Origin: Planctomycetota bacterium
GTDB lineage: Bacteria; Planctomycetota; Planctomycetia; JALXBF01
Direction of reading: 5' to 3'
NCBI GenBank assembly: GCA_026991575.1
Contig: JALXBF010000116.1
Coordinates: 1 to 64,000 of the forward strand
Length of the DNA: 64,000 nucleotides
A program made the position numbers and the translations under genes. The notes under the pieces were generated by a model. The model was not told the origin of the DNA, searched no databases, and saw only the letters and a list, made by a program, of their open reading frames with translations. Positions 50,426-61,019 of the stretch are shown one piece after another (the stretch's first letter is position 1; each line of letters starts with the position of its first letter).

Positions 50426-51646
50426 TCACGAAGCTAATCGGATACGGACCACACGCCGTTTGCCGACGCGCACGATGAGCCCATCGCTGAGTTCGATCTC
50501 GGCATTCGGGTCGGCCACGAGCGTCCGCTCCGGACCGATGCGCACCGCCTTCTGCTGCACTAGCCGCCGGGCATCGCTGTTGCTGGCTGCCAAACCTGCC
50601 AGCACCAGAAGGCGGCAAATCCAGAGCTTTCCGTCGCTGAGCTGATCCCGGCTGATCTGCACGTCTGGGATTTCGCTCGGATCCTGGCCGTGCCGGAAGC
50701 GGCGACGAAACTCCTCCGCAGCACGCTCCGCTTCCTCCTGGCCGTAGTACTGGGCGACCACCTCCTTGGCCAGCCGTTCCTTCGCGTCCCGCGGGTTCTG
50801 GTCCGGTGCCAGCAGCCGCTCGATCTCGGCCACAGGCAGGTCCGTGAGCAGTTCGAAGTAGGAGCGCATCACGTGATCGGGAATGCTCATCAACTTGCCG
50901 AACATCTCATCCGGTGGATCAGCAACGCCGATATAGTTGCCCAGGCTCTTGCCCATGCGGCGTACGCCATCGGTGCCAACCAGAATTGGCAGAGTGATTG
51001 CCACCTGCGGCTCCTGCCCCTGCCAGCGCTGAAGATCTCGGGCGACCATCAGGCTGAACAGTTGTTCCGAGCCACCTAGCTCAACGTCGGCCTGAATCAT
51101 CACGGAGTCCCATCCCTGCATCAGCGGGTACAGGCACTCGTGCAGATAGATCGGCACCCCCTTTTGCATGCGGCTGCTGAAATCGTCGCGCTCCAGCAGC
51201 CGGGCCACGGTCATCTGTGCGCAGAGTTCGATGACCTGCTTGAGCCGCATGTCAGCGAACCATTCGCTGTTGCGGTGCACCTCGACCCGGTCAATGTCGA
51301 GGATGCGGGCAATCTGTCGCAGATAATCCTCGGCGTTGCGTCGCACGGTCGCCTCGTCCAGTCGGGCTCTGGTCTCGTCCCGACCGCTGGGATCACCGAT
51401 CAAGGCCGTATAGTCGCCGATAATCAGCACGGCCTGGTGGCCCAGCTCCTGGAACTGGCGCAGCTTGCGCAGAGGGACCGTGTGGCCCAGATGAACGTCG
51501 ATCCCAGTCGGGTCAATGCCGTACTTGATCCGCAGCGGTCGGCCGGTCTCGTACGAGCGGCGGAGCTTTTGGAGCAGTTCCTCCTCGGGCACGATCGCCT
51601 CGACCCCCCGCCGGATCACGGCCAATTGTGCTTCGGGTTCAAGCAC
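50426..51646 (-). CDS. tyrS: Tyrosine--tRNA ligase
   Basis: KYGIDPT, HLGH, YPLMQGWDS, GGSEQ, MGKSLGNY, C-terminal S4 domain; GTG start after GGAGGG. Confidence 0.96.
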   Translation of the reverse strand: MLEPEAQLAVIRRGVEAIVPEEELLQKLRRSYETGRPLRIKYGIDPTGIDVHLGHTVPLRKLRQFQELGHQAVLIIGDYTALIGDPSGRDETRARLDEATVRRNAEDYLRQIARILDIDRVEVHRNSEWFADMRLKQVIELCAQMTVARLLERDDFSSRMQKGVPIYLHECLYPLMQGWDSVMIQADVELGGSEQLFSLMVARDLQRWQGQEPQVAITLPILVGTDGVRRMGKSLGNYIGVADPPDEMFGKLMSIPDHVMRSYFELLTDLPVAEIERLLAPDQNPRDAKERLAKEVVAQYYGQEEAERAAEEFRRRFRHGQDPSEIPDVQISRDQLSDGKLWICRLLVLAGLAASNSDARRLVQQKAVRIGPERTLVADPNAEIELSDGLIVRVGKRRVVRIRLAS

Positions 51647-51793
51647 GGAGACGCCCTCCGAGAAAGACCGTTGCTCTGCGACCGCGAAGGATGGATTATA
51701 GAGCCAGCCCGGGCTGACCTGACGTGACACAGTCAGCCTCCGCCATGTCTCCGGCGACAGTCGTGATCCGGACCAGAGCCAGGAGAGAAAAGC

Positions 51794-52573
51794 GTGGTAG
51801 CTATTCTCGCCTCCCTTGGCATGTGTGCGGTGGGTACGGCGTTCTTCTTGCTCGTGCTGCGCATGGTGCTTCGGCCGGCAAGCACGCCACCACCTCCCGT
51901 GGCAGGTCGCACCGTGCTGTGGGTAGCTGCGGCCGTCCACGGCTGTGCCCTGCTGGTCCCGCTGGTCGCCCGTTCGATCGACGACGGCACGGCTTGGATC
52001 GACCTGGCCAGCGTGATCCTGCAGGACGGCGCCGGTCTGGCCCTGTCGCTGCTGGCGGTACGTCTCACCGAGTCCAGCGGGTGGCTGAGGCAGGTATCAC
52101 GCTGCCAGCTGGCGGGGAAGCTCAGGATGCCGGTCGCCGTCGTTGTGATGTACCTACCACTTCGGCTTGCGGTCGACGCTCTGTATGACGCCAGCGTTCG
52201 CGTTTCCGTCGCGTTGGGCTACACCGGGCCGACGACACAGCCGCTGCTTGAAGCCATCCCGCAGATGTCGCTGGTCGCTCAGCTGGTAATCATCGTCTGG
52301 GTCGCGCTGCTGACGCCCGTGTACGAGGAGGTGGTGTTCCGCGGTGTCGTGTACGGTTGGCTGTCCAGCCGCTTCCCGGAACCGTGGGCAGCTCTGGCCA
52401 GCGGACTGATCTTCGGGCTGTACCATGATCCGCCTGTGTTGCAACCTTGCATCGCTCTGCTGGGGACAGGGCTTGCGCTTGCCTATCGCCGCAGCGGCTC
52501 GTTAGTGGTTCCAGTCCTGTTGCACGCGATGTTCAACGCGCACACGACGCTGGCCGTGCTGCTGGGCTTCTAA
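51794..52573 (+). CDS. CPBP (CAAX/Abi) intramembrane glutamic endopeptidase
   Basis: EEVVFRG, FGLYH, HAMFN, multiple TMs. Confidence 0.9.
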   Translation: MVAILASLGMCAVGTAFFLLVLRMVLRPASTPPPPVAGRTVLWVAAAVHGCALLVPLVARSIDDGTAWIDLASVILQDGAGLALSLLAVRLTESSGWLRQVSRCQLAGKLRMPVAVVVMYLPLRLAVDALYDASVRVSVALGYTGPTTQPLLEAIPQMSLVAQLVIIVWVALLTPVYEEVVFRGVVYGWLSSRFPEPWAALASGLIFGLYHDPPVLQPCIALLGTGLALAYRRSGSLVVPVLLHAMFNAHTTLAVLLGF

Positions 52574-52601
52574 TCGACACCCTTCAAGGACACCCGCGTC
52601 A

Positions 52602-53243
52602 TCAGGCTTTCACGACCGGGGGCATCTGTTCGAGCACGATGTCCACGATGCCGTAATCGCGTGCCTCCTCAGCAGACATGAACTTGTCCCGGTCAGTGTC
52701 CCGTTCGATGTCCTCCAACGACTTGCCCGTATGTCGCTGGAGAATCTCATTGAGTCGCTGCCGCAGGCGGAGTGCTTCCTTGGCGTGGATCTGGATTTCG
52801 GTTGCCGTGCCTTCGATGCCGGCCATGGGCTGGTGGATCATGATGCGGGCGTTGGGCAAGGCGTAGCGCTTGCCCGGCGCGCCGGCCGCAAGCAAGACGG
52901 CGCCCATCGAAGCAGCCTGGCCAAGGCAGTAGGTGGCCACATCACAGGAGATGAACTGCATCGTGTCGTAGATGGCCAGGCCGGCGGTCACGGAACCGCC
53001 CGGCGAGTTGATGTACAGCGAAATATCGGCTTCCGGGTCCTCGAACTGCAGGTACAGCAACTGGGCCACGACCAGGTTGGCAAGCTGGTCATCAATCGCG
53101 GAGCCCAGAAACACGATGCGGTCCTTGAGCAGGCGACTGAAGATGTCCATCGCCCGCTCTTCACGCCCGGTCCGTTCGATGACGAACGGCACGAGCTGAT
53201 TGATCAGCGGGTTGTCTGCAGCCGGTTTCTTGTCACGTGCCAC
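52602..53243 (-). CDS. clpP: ATP-dependent Clp protease proteolytic subunit
   Basis: [35 protein letters not shown]. Confidence 0.96.
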   Translation of the reverse strand: MARDKKPAADNPLINQLVPFVIERTGREERAMDIFSRLLKDRIVFLGSAIDDQLANLVVAQLLYLQFEDPEADISLYINSPGGSVTAGLAIYDTMQFISCDVATYCLGQAASMGAVLLAAGAPGKRYALPNARIMIHQPMAGIEGTATEIQIHAKEALRLRQRLNEILQRHTGKSLEDIERDTDRDKFMSAEEARDYGIVDIVLEQMPPVVKA

Positions 53244-53264
53244 CGTGTCTGCTCCTTGGTCCGT

Positions 53265-53888
53265 CTACTTCGAGCTGCTTTCCGGCTTTTTCTTCTGGAG
53301 CACGTCGTCCACGATGCCGTACTCCTTCGCCTCGTATGCGGTCAGGAAGCGGTCACGCTCGGTGTCCTTCTCGATCCGCTCGATCGGCTGGCCGGTATGG
53401 TGCGCCAGGATTTCGTTCAACATGCGGCGCATGCGGAGGATCTCCTCGGCATGGATCTGAATGTCTGACACCTGGCCGCCGACCGCGCCCCAGGGCTGGT
53501 GGATCATGATCTTGGCGTGGGGCAGAGCGTAGCGTCTGCCCTTGGTGCCACCGGCCAACAGGATCGCACCACCACTGGCGGCCATTCCGATGCAGTAGGT
53601 CGCGATCGGACACTCCAGGAACTGCATCGTGTCGTAGATGGCCAACGTCGAGGAGACGGCACCGCCCGGCGTGTTGATGTACATGCTGATCTCCTGCGTC
53701 TTGTTCTCGGAATGCAGGTAGAGCAGCTTCATCACCGTCAGGTTGGCCATGGCATCGTTGATGACCCCCTCGACGAACACGATGCGGTTCTCCAAGAGGA
53801 GGTCACCCAGCGTCATCTGCCGCTGGCGGGTGTATTCACGCCAGCGCTGCAAGCGGGGCGGCAGATGCTCAAGCCACTCAAAATCCAT
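53265..53888 (-). CDS. clpP: ATP-dependent Clp protease proteolytic subunit (second paralogue)
   Basis: YINTPGG, GMAASGG, MIHQP, DTERDRF. Confidence 0.95.
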   Translation of the reverse strand: MDFEWLEHLPPRLQRWREYTRQRQMTLGDLLLENRIVFVEGVINDAMANLTVMKLLYLHSENKTQEISMYINTPGGAVSSTLAIYDTMQFLECPIATYCIGMAASGGAILLAGGTKGRRYALPHAKIMIHQPWGAVGGQVSDIQIHAEEILRMRRMLNEILAHHTGQPIERIEKDTERDRFLTAYEAKEYGIVDDVLQKKKPESSSK

Positions 53889-53983
53889 GGTTCCACCTCA
53901 CCCAGGTCACCAGCGGAAAACGTCCGGTGCGCGAGCCGGCTCAGTCAGTCGCTGGCGAGGCATTCGCGTGGTCAACCGAACCC

Positions 53984-55702
53984 TTATGCGGAGGGCTGTT
54001 CGGGCGAGTTTGCTTCGCCCGTCTGGTCTTGCTCTCTCGGCTGCTGAGCTTCCCTCTCCACCTCAGCACTTTCCTGCTGCTCGGTGCTGACTTCGCCCCC
54101 CGGCGACTCCGCCGACGCAGCCGTCTGCCCAGGAACAACCTGCTCCAGGACGGTCTCCTTGTCGACTGGTCGCTTCATTAAGTCCTCGACCGTGACCTCC
54201 CACGGTTCGTCCTCGAACTCGCAGTAGTCGAGGACCCGCTGGAACGCAAGGTGCTCGAGCACCTCGGCCTCGATCTCACGCAGGACTCCTTCCCGCTCCA
54301 GTTGTACGCGGAGCCGACGCGGCGATATTCCCTGAGCATCCGCCAGCTCCTGAAGGTACTCGTCCAGCTCCTCCTGACTGACTTCGATCCCTTCGGCCTT
54401 GGCAATTCGTCGGAGGACGAAGAACTCCCGAAGCGCCCGTTCGGTCATCTCTGGCAAGCCGCTACTGAGTGCCGCGAGCCGGCGATCGATTTCCCTCGCC
54501 TGATACCGCATCAGCACCAGCCGCCGAACGATGCGTCGCCTGAGAATGCTGACTTGGCTCTCGACCGTATCCCTATCCAGCGGGATGTCAATCCCTTCGA
54601 GCAACTGCCCCATCACCTGCTCACGGACTCGCTGCTGCGCGGTCTGGTCCAGCTCACGGCGCAGCAAGCTCTCCACGTGCTCCATCAGCTGCTCTTCGTC
54701 GTCCAGGCCCATGACTTCCGCCAGGCGCTCCAACAGGTTCTCGGGGAACCGGTAGATCCCCTCGACAACGACTTCAACGTCCACTTCCTTGCCGCGAAGT
54801 TCCTCGTTCGCAGCGTCTTCGTCGATGCGAGCCTTGAGCGTGCGGGTCTCGCCGGTAACCGCACCGCTGATCTGTTCGTCGAACCGCTCAATCACTGCGT
54901 CTCGGAAGCGTAGTGTGGGGAGGACACGGACCTCCGTAGGGCCCAGCTCGCGGACGACCCGTCCGCCCAATTTGAATCGGAATGTCAGATCGACCAGGTC
55001 CTCGGGTTGAACCGGTCCTTCAGCCCGTTCGGGTGGGATGACCGCTTCGGCCAGAAGTCGGGCACGGGCTTGAACCAGTTCCGGCGTTACGATCGGACGA
55101 GGCCGCCGGACCTTAAGCCCCTTGTAGTTCGGCACATCGAATTCCGGCTGCACCTCTGCTCGGAACTCGAAGTAGAAGTCCTCACCCTGAGCGGGTGGGT
55201 TCAGTGCACCGACGTCAAGCTCCGGCTCGTCGACAAACTCCAAGTTCTTCTCTTCAATCAGCTTCTGCAGTGACTTGCCAACCAGAAAGTGCTTGAGATC
55301 TTCGAACAGTTCTTTGCGAAATCTTCGCAGTACGAGCTTCGGCGGTACCTTGCCCTTGCGAAACCCGGGCATCCAGGCCGTCTTGCAGAACTCGCGTAAC
55401 TGCGCATTCAGAATCCGATCCACCTCTTCAGCCGGGATGCGGATCTTGATCAACCGCTTGCAAGCGCCCAGCTGGTCGATGTCGACCTGGATCGCTTCCA
55501 GTCGCAGCTCGTCCTGTTGTTGCGTCTCACTGGCACCGGTTTGTTCCTGGTGCTCGACCGTGCCAGTTTGTTCCTCACTGGCCTGCACCGCCGTGGTCGT
55601 GCTGGCAGTCTCCGACTGGCCAGCATTGTCCCGGTCCGCCACCGGCTCACGGGTCTCGTTCTTGGCGAGGTCGTGTTGGCGGTCTTCGGCTTCAGCGCTC
55701 AT
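53984..55702 (-). CDS. tig: Trigger factor
   Basis: Ribosome-binding motif PGFRKGKVP, EVQPEF..PNYKGL, C-terminal IAKAEGIEVS; position upstream of clpP; AGGAG RBS. Confidence 0.92.
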   Translation of the reverse strand: MSAEAEDRQHDLAKNETREPVADRDNAGQSETASTTTAVQASEEQTGTVEHQEQTGASETQQQDELRLEAIQVDIDQLGACKRLIKIRIPAEEVDRILNAQLREFCKTAWMPGFRKGKVPPKLVLRRFRKELFEDLKHFLVGKSLQKLIEEKNLEFVDEPELDVGALNPPAQGEDFYFEFRAEVQPEFDVPNYKGLKVRRPRPIVTPELVQARARLLAEAVIPPERAEGPVQPEDLVDLTFRFKLGGRVVRELGPTEVRVLPTLRFRDAVIERFDEQISGAVTGETRTLKARIDEDAANEELRGKEVDVEVVVEGIYRFPENLLERLAEVMGLDDEEQLMEHVESLLRRELDQTAQQRVREQVMGQLLEGIDIPLDRDTVESQVSILRRRIVRRLVLMRYQAREIDRRLAALSSGLPEMTERALREFFVLRRIAKAEGIEVSQEELDEYLQELADAQGISPRRLRVQLEREGVLREIEAEVLEHLAFQRVLDYCEFEDEPWEVTVEDLMKRPVDKETVLEQVVPGQTAASAESPGGEVSTEQQESAEVEREAQQPREQDQTGEANSPEQPSA

Positions 55703-55809
55703 CAGGCTCACTCCTTCCCCATAGACCGACTCGGTAGGGGCTCCGCCAGAGGGTCCACGTCGTCCCTAGGGAACATTGAAGTGTAGTCGGTGAGGGGCCA
55801 TAAAAAAAG

Positions 55810-55882
55810 AGCGGGTGACGGGACTCGAACCCGCGACATCCACGTTGGCAACGTGGTGCTCTACCAACTGAGCTACACCCGC
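55810..55882 (-). tRNA. tRNA-Gly(GCC), CCA not encoded
   Basis: GCGGGTG acceptor stem, TAGCTCAGTTGGTAGAGC D-arm, CCACG-TTGCCAA-CGTGG anticodon arm, GGTTCGAGTCC T-arm, U discriminator. Confidence 0.97.
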
Positions 55883-55921
55883 GTACCACGGCCCACCCGT
55901 TGGTGAGCCTCGTTCATTGCT

Positions 55922-55950
55922 ATGCTACGTCGCAGCCAGCAGCCGGTCAA
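55922..55950 (-). promoter_or_regulatory. sigma70-type promoter for tRNA-Gly/tig
   Basis: TTGACC-N17-TAGCAT. Confidence 0.6.
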
Positions 55951-56167
55951 GCATTCCTGTGGCCGTTGCGTATCCCACGGGCAGCTGGTACCTAAGGGCA
56001 GCGGGAGGCCGCCAGCGGCTGGCTGCGGCCGGACCGCTAGCAGATGCTGCCGCCAGGGCACGGCGTTCGCCCGGTTGCGACCTCATAGAATTACCGGTAG
56101 AGTAGGAGTTGTGCGTGGGGCGCGTGAGCAGTGGGGTACGGAGCAGCCGAGTGGGGTGTGAACGACG

Positions 56168-56758
56168 ATGCCCACAGTGAAACTCATCGCCCAGCGCGGG
56201 GCCAAGCGAGGTACCGAGGTCATCATCCAACGGGAACAGACGCTGATCGGTCGGTCGCGCTCCTGTCAAGTGTGCATCCCGGCACCGCAGGTAAGCCGCC
56301 AGCATTGCGCGATCCTGATCGAAAACGGCCAGGTCATCGTGCGCGACCTTGGCAGCACAAACGGGACGTTCGTCAACGGGGTCCAGGTCTCCGAACAACA
56401 GCTCACCACCGGCGACACGCTAACGATCGGCAACGTCGTGTTCCTGGTCAAAGTAGAAGAGGCTGAGGCTCTGGCAGGTTCGGACACCGCACGTCCTGGC
56501 CAGCTCGCTGCGGTCGACGAGGCCGCTGCCGCCGAGGCCGTCGACTCGGACCTGGTCTTCGCCGATGAGGCCGAAACGCAGCAGGCCGTCGGAGCGGTCG
56601 CGGAAGAGGTACTCGATGCGGAAGTCGTAGAAGAGGAAGGCGTTGTGACAGCCGAGCCGGTCGAAGAGGCGGTGCTTGACGCAGAGCCGATCGACGAGGA
56701 TCGGATCACCGATTTCCTTACCGACCTTCAACAGCAACAGGACAACCAGCAGGGCTAG
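56168..56758 (+). CDS. FHA domain protein with acidic tail
   Basis: IGRSRSC, VSRQHC, DLGSTNGTFVNG, GDTLTIG; candidate promoter TTGCGA-N17-TAGAGT at 56075-56103. Confidence 0.92.
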   Translation: MPTVKLIAQRGAKRGTEVIIQREQTLIGRSRSCQVCIPAPQVSRQHCAILIENGQVIVRDLGSTNGTFVNGVQVSEQQLTTGDTLTIGNVVFLVKVEEAEALAGSDTARPGQLAAVDEAAAAEAVDSDLVFADEAETQQAVGAVAEEVLDAEVVEEEGVVTAEPVEEAVLDAEPIDEDRITDFLTDLQQQQDNQQG

Positions 56759-56761
56759 CGG

Positions 56762-57751
56762 TTACAGCTCTGTGACTTCAAAGACCACCGGTCCCACCTC
56801 TGCGACCTCGTCCGGCTCCAGCACGCGCAGTCCAGCGTCGATTCCTCTCTTGTGGAGATTGATCGCATTGGTCGTACACGTGTAGGGTTCAATGCAGATC
56901 GAACCGCGCTGCGGCGGCGTGTACACGACAATCTCCCGAAACTCGTTGCCCAACCGGATGTTCAGCCGGTAACCTGCCTCTTCATCGGTGAGCGTGCAAG
57001 TGACCCATTCCTCCTCGTCGTACTGCAGGTCGGTGTAGACGTGATCGAGCTTAAGCTCGCTCAACCGCCTGGGCTCGCGCAGGTCCAGCTCCTCCGGCAC
57101 CGGGAGCACGCGCCCCGTTGGCAGGAAATCCTTCAGCTCCCAGATGGCATTGGCCGGTACCTGAACCTTGCAAGCTTCCTCCTTGCCAAACATGTCCAGC
57201 GGTAGCCGGAAGTACGGATGCAGCCCTAAGCCCCAGGGCATGGCGCGATCCCCGATGTTGCGGACGGCGAAATGCAGCGTCACGGTCCGGCCGTTCAACA
57301 CGACCACGGCCTGCAGCTCGAACTGGCCGGGCCACAGATGCTTCAGCCCAGCAAGCTGCCAGGTGGAGCTGATAACCCCTTCGACAGAGCTATCCGCGGA
57401 TCGCAGCTTCACGCTCCATGGCTTGTCTAGCACGAAGCCGTGGATCGCGTTGACGTTGCGTTCATTCCTGGGCAACTCATAGACGCGCCCCTCCCACGTG
57501 AACCGCCCCCCTGCGATCCGGTTTGGAAACGGGAAAAGGATCGGTGTGCCATTGCCGGCAGCACGCGCAGGCTGATCAGCGAAATGATCGTCGGCCCGCA
57601 GCACGTCTCGTAGCCTGCCGTGCACCGGAACGCGGAAGCTGAACAAGTTAAAACCGTATGTGGCGTGGACCAGCGCGTCACTGTTGTGGTCCTTGTCCAC
57701 CAGACGCACGACCGTGTGGTCGCCGTAGTGAAGCAGCGTGCTTTCACCCAT
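56762..57751 (-). CDS. Aldose 1-epimerase family protein
   Basis: PILFPFPNRI, AIHGFV, GLHPYF, LDHVY, ICIEPYT. Confidence 0.92.
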   Translation of the reverse strand: MGESTLLHYGDHTVVRLVDKDHNSDALVHATYGFNLFSFRVPVHGRLRDVLRADDHFADQPARAAGNGTPILFPFPNRIAGGRFTWEGRVYELPRNERNVNAIHGFVLDKPWSVKLRSADSSVEGVISSTWQLAGLKHLWPGQFELQAVVVLNGRTVTLHFAVRNIGDRAMPWGLGLHPYFRLPLDMFGKEEACKVQVPANAIWELKDFLPTGRVLPVPEELDLREPRRLSELKLDHVYTDLQYDEEEWVTCTLTDEEAGYRLNIRLGNEFREIVVYTPPQRGSICIEPYTCTTNAINLHKRGIDAGLRVLEPDEVAEVGPVVFEVTEL

Positions 57752-58026
57752 CTCTCTACCCGCTCCGCTGCCACTAGTCCCGTGGTACAGGAATCGACTG
57801 GGACAAGTATACGCAGTCCCGGCCGCTAGACCCGATCGCCTCAATCGCGCAACAGACTGTGCAGGGCCGATCATTCCGGGAACGCCGATCGCGTGCCCGC
57901 GACCACGACGGGCACGACCTGGATGGCCCGGCTGCGTGGTGGTTGCTCTTGGCAGATAAGGCCCACGGGCTAGACTGATTCTCGCCCGTGCCAACAGCAG
58001 CGGTGTTTTTCAGGAGGGCTACTCCG

Positions 58027-59325
58027 GTGGCAACACTACGGATCCAAGGGCCGGTGCGTTTGGCGGGAACCGTCACGGTTGCGGGTGCGAAGAATGCCAC
58101 GCTGCCGCTGCTCGCCGCGGCTCTCTTGTGCGACGAGCCTTACGTCCTGGAGAACGTGCCCTGGGTCACTGACGTCAGCGTGATGATCCGCCTGCTGGCC
58201 GCATGCGGCGGACGGGCCCGCTGGACGGCGAGCCGGTCACTGCAAGTCATCCCCCCCGAGGGTCAGCTCACCTCCCCGGCCGACGTAGCCGGCGCGAGCA
58301 GCATCCGTGCCAGCTTCTGCCTGCTCGGACCACTGCTGGCGCGCCACGGCGAGGCGGTGCTGCCACTTCCGGGAGGCTGTCGCATTGGTCCCCGGCCAGT
58401 GGATCGCCACCTGGAGGCGATGCGCCGGCTGGGGGCTGAGGTGACCGTGCGCGACGGTATCGTTTACGCGCGCGCACCGCGCCTGCACGGCAATCTCATC
58501 CACCTCGCTACCCACCGAGGCCCGACCGTTACGGGCACGTGCAATGCCATGCTGGCCGCAGTCGGGGCCCGGGGCGAGACGGTCCTCTACGGTGCTGCCC
58601 GCGAACCGGAGGTCGTCACGCTGGGACGTTTCCTGCAAGCCTGTGGCGTGGTCATCTCCGGGCTGGGAACGCCGACGATTGTCGTAAAGGGTGCCCGGCT
58701 GCCGCTTCGCCCTCCTACTCGGTTCCGGATCATCCCCGACCGTATCGAGGCCGCTACCTGGCTGTGCGCAGCTGCCGCCACCGGCGGCAAGATTGTGCTC
58801 CGTCACGTGGAGCCACGACATCTGCAGGCCCCGCTCGCGCTGCTGCGGCGCATCGGTTGCGCGATCAACGTCACAGACGCAACCATCGCGTTAATTGCCC
58901 CGCAACGCCCGGTACGGGCATTCCTGGCGGTAGCGGAACCGTACCCGGGAATCGCCACTGACGTGCAAGCCCAGTTGACGGCCCTGGCCACGGCAGCCAA
59001 TGGCGAAAGCACCGTACGCGACACCGTGTTTCCAGAGCGATTCCAGCACGTTCCGCAGCTTCAGGCCATGGGTGCCAGCATCCGCCGCCTGGCAGGCCAG
59101 TGCGTCATCAGCGGCCCGACGCAACTGCGGGGAGCGCGCGTCAAGGCCGTCGATCTGCGCGCGTCGGCTGCTCTGGTCATCGCCGCGCTGCTGGCCGAGG
59201 GCGAGACGGAGATCATGGGCCTGGAGCAGCTGCGGCGAGGCTATGACGAACTGCCCCGGAAGCTGGCCGCGCTGGGCGTCGCCGTCGAGGTAGACGATGA
59301 CGAACTGCTGCGGCCGGCGGCTTGA
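58027..59325 (+). CDS. murA: UDP-N-acetylglucosamine 1-carboxyvinyltransferase
   Basis: GAKNA.LP, RAS..LLGPLLAR, LPGGC.IGPRPVD.H (catalytic Cys), AREPEV, PDRIEA, DLRASA, RGY. Confidence 0.96.
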   Translation: MATLRIQGPVRLAGTVTVAGAKNATLPLLAAALLCDEPYVLENVPWVTDVSVMIRLLAACGGRARWTASRSLQVIPPEGQLTSPADVAGASSIRASFCLLGPLLARHGEAVLPLPGGCRIGPRPVDRHLEAMRRLGAEVTVRDGIVYARAPRLHGNLIHLATHRGPTVTGTCNAMLAAVGARGETVLYGAAREPEVVTLGRFLQACGVVISGLGTPTIVVKGARLPLRPPTRFRIIPDRIEAATWLCAAAATGGKIVLRHVEPRHLQAPLALLRRIGCAINVTDATIALIAPQRPVRAFLAVAEPYPGIATDVQAQLTALATAANGESTVRDTVFPERFQHVPQLQAMGASIRRLAGQCVISGPTQLRGARVKAVDLRASAALVIAALLAEGETEIMGLEQLRRGYDELPRKLAALGVAVEVDDDELLRPAA

Positions 59326-59334
59326 TTCATCGCC

Positions 59335-60384
59335 CTACGAGCCTGCGGCCGTAGCTGTCGTCTCCGCCGCCGGCACCCGTTCCAGAATCACCGTACCCCG
59401 CAGCCGCCGGGCACGAACGCCGCCAGGCAGATCCCACGCCCCCTCTGCCCCGTGCACGAGTCCTGCCAAATGGTGCCAGTGCTCGAAACTCATCTGTTTC
59501 TCCGGCCAACCGTGCCGAGACCAGATCCGTCGAAACACCTCGCGCACCAGCAGGCCTGGCGCGCGCTCCAGTGCCGGCACGCTCAGGATCACCCGCTCCG
59601 GAGTCTCGTTCAGCAGGCAGCGTTGCTCCAACTCCACGACCAGCGGCTCCAGGATCGCCACGACTTCCGCTGCCACCGAACTCAAACGGCAAAGCGCTTC
59701 CCTGACCCGTGGGTTCAGCTCGCGCAGCAGCGGCATCACCTCATGGCGAATCCGGTTGCGCGTGAACCGCGGATCCTCGTTCATGGCATCCAGCCGGTAG
59801 CCATAGCCGCCGGCCCGGAGCCAGTCGAGCACCTGGTCGCGGCTAAGTTGCAACATCGGTCGGATGACCGAGACCCCGTTCAGCTTGCGTCGTACCGGGA
59901 TGCCGGTCAAGCCGGCCAGCCCCGTGCCGCGCACGATGCGGTGGAGCACCGTCTCCGCCTGATCGTCCGACGTGTGGCCGGTGGCAATGTACGGCGCAGC
60001 GTGTTGGGCGGCTGTGCGCACGAGGAAGTCATATCGGCACTTGCGCGCCCACTCCTCGATCGTCTCTGAGCGATCGCTCCGCTCGGAATGATCCCGATCG
60101 GCCGTACCGACTGCGCACGGCAGAGCCAACTCCTCAGCCAGTGCAACAACAAACCGCTCATCCTCGTGGCACGCCGGCTCTCGAAGGCGGTGGTTGAAAT
60201 GGGCAACGATCAGCTCGAGTTGATGTCCGAGCCGCAACGCGTGCAGCGACCGAAGCAGCGCAACGCTATCGGGCCCTCCAGAAACCGCAACGACGACTTT
60301 GCACTGCCTTACGCCAAGACTGTCCAGCTCTTCGCCAACGGCCGTAACCAGATCTGTACCCATCGTCTCCTGCTCGTAGGTCAC
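59335..60384 (-). CDS. tilS: tRNA(Ile)-lysidine synthetase
   Basis: VAVSGGPDS, HFNHRLR, TGHTSDDQAETVL, IRPML, RNRIRH. Confidence 0.95.
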   Translation of the reverse strand: MTYEQETMGTDLVTAVGEELDSLGVRQCKVVVAVSGGPDSVALLRSLHALRLGHQLELIVAHFNHRLREPACHEDERFVVALAEELALPCAVGTADRDHSERSDRSETIEEWARKCRYDFLVRTAAQHAAPYIATGHTSDDQAETVLHRIVRGTGLAGLTGIPVRRKLNGVSVIRPMLQLSRDQVLDWLRAGGYGYRLDAMNEDPRFTRNRIRHEVMPLLRELNPRVREALCRLSSVAAEVVAILEPLVVELEQRCLLNETPERVILSVPALERAPGLLVREVFRRIWSRHGWPEKQMSFEHWHHLAGLVHGAEGAWDLPGGVRARRLRGTVILERVPAAETTATAAGS

Positions 60385-60465
60385 AACGGCTCGGGCACCC
60401 CACCCCCGCGACTTCCCATTCTATGGCCCATCGAGGCACCGCCGCCCGAGCGGCCCAAGCTGTGA

Positions 60466-60494
60466 TTGGAACGAACCGACTCGGCCGGTATTAT
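60466..60494 (+). promoter_or_regulatory. sigma70-type promoter for rpmE-prfA-prmC
   Basis: TTGGAA-N17-TATTAT. Confidence 0.55.
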
Positions 60495-60550
60495 TCCGAG
60501 TGGAGTGGCCATGGGCACTGCGGAATCGGTCCTCAGCGTGAGACAGGCAT

Positions 60551-60775
60551 ATGAAGAAGGGCATCCATCCCGAATATGTCGAGTGCACGGTCACGTGTAG
60601 CTGCGGTAACACGTTCGTGACGCGGAGCACTAAGCCGAAAATCCGCGTGGAAATCTGCTCTGCCTGCCATCCGTTCTTTACGGGCCAGGTGAAGTACGTG
60701 GACACGGCGGGGCGGGTGGAGAAGTTCGAGCGAAAGTACGGCTGGACCAAACGCCGGCAACAGCAGAAGAAATAA
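60551..60775 (+). CDS. rpmE: 50S ribosomal protein L31 (Zn-binding type)
   Basis: [29 protein letters not shown]. Confidence 0.97.
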   Translation: MKKGIHPEYVECTVTCSCGNTFVTRSTKPKIRVEICSACHPFFTGQVKYVDTAGRVEKFERKYGWTKRRQQQKK

Positions 60776-61019
60776 CCTGCGGCCCAGCGGTGGACTTGTG
60801 ACGGGTACCGGCATGATGCCATTCTCAGCGGCAACAGCGACAGTGGCCTCCTCTCCAGGCAGAGCCGCCTTTCGTTAGCTGCGTGCGCCGTTCTGGTTGC
60901 GTCAAGTCGATGCGCACGGCTCGGCTCCGTGGGTGGAACGCACCCGCTTTGCCGCCGATCCAAATCAAGGAAACCCGTGGCATGTTGGTCGGTACTGGAC
61001 TGACTGGGAACGTTCCGCA

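Noticed and set aside
55810..55882. tRNA-Gly as an integration site of a genomic island
   Set aside because: No integrase nearby, I noticed no duplicated tRNA 3' end, and the flanks are housekeeping genes.
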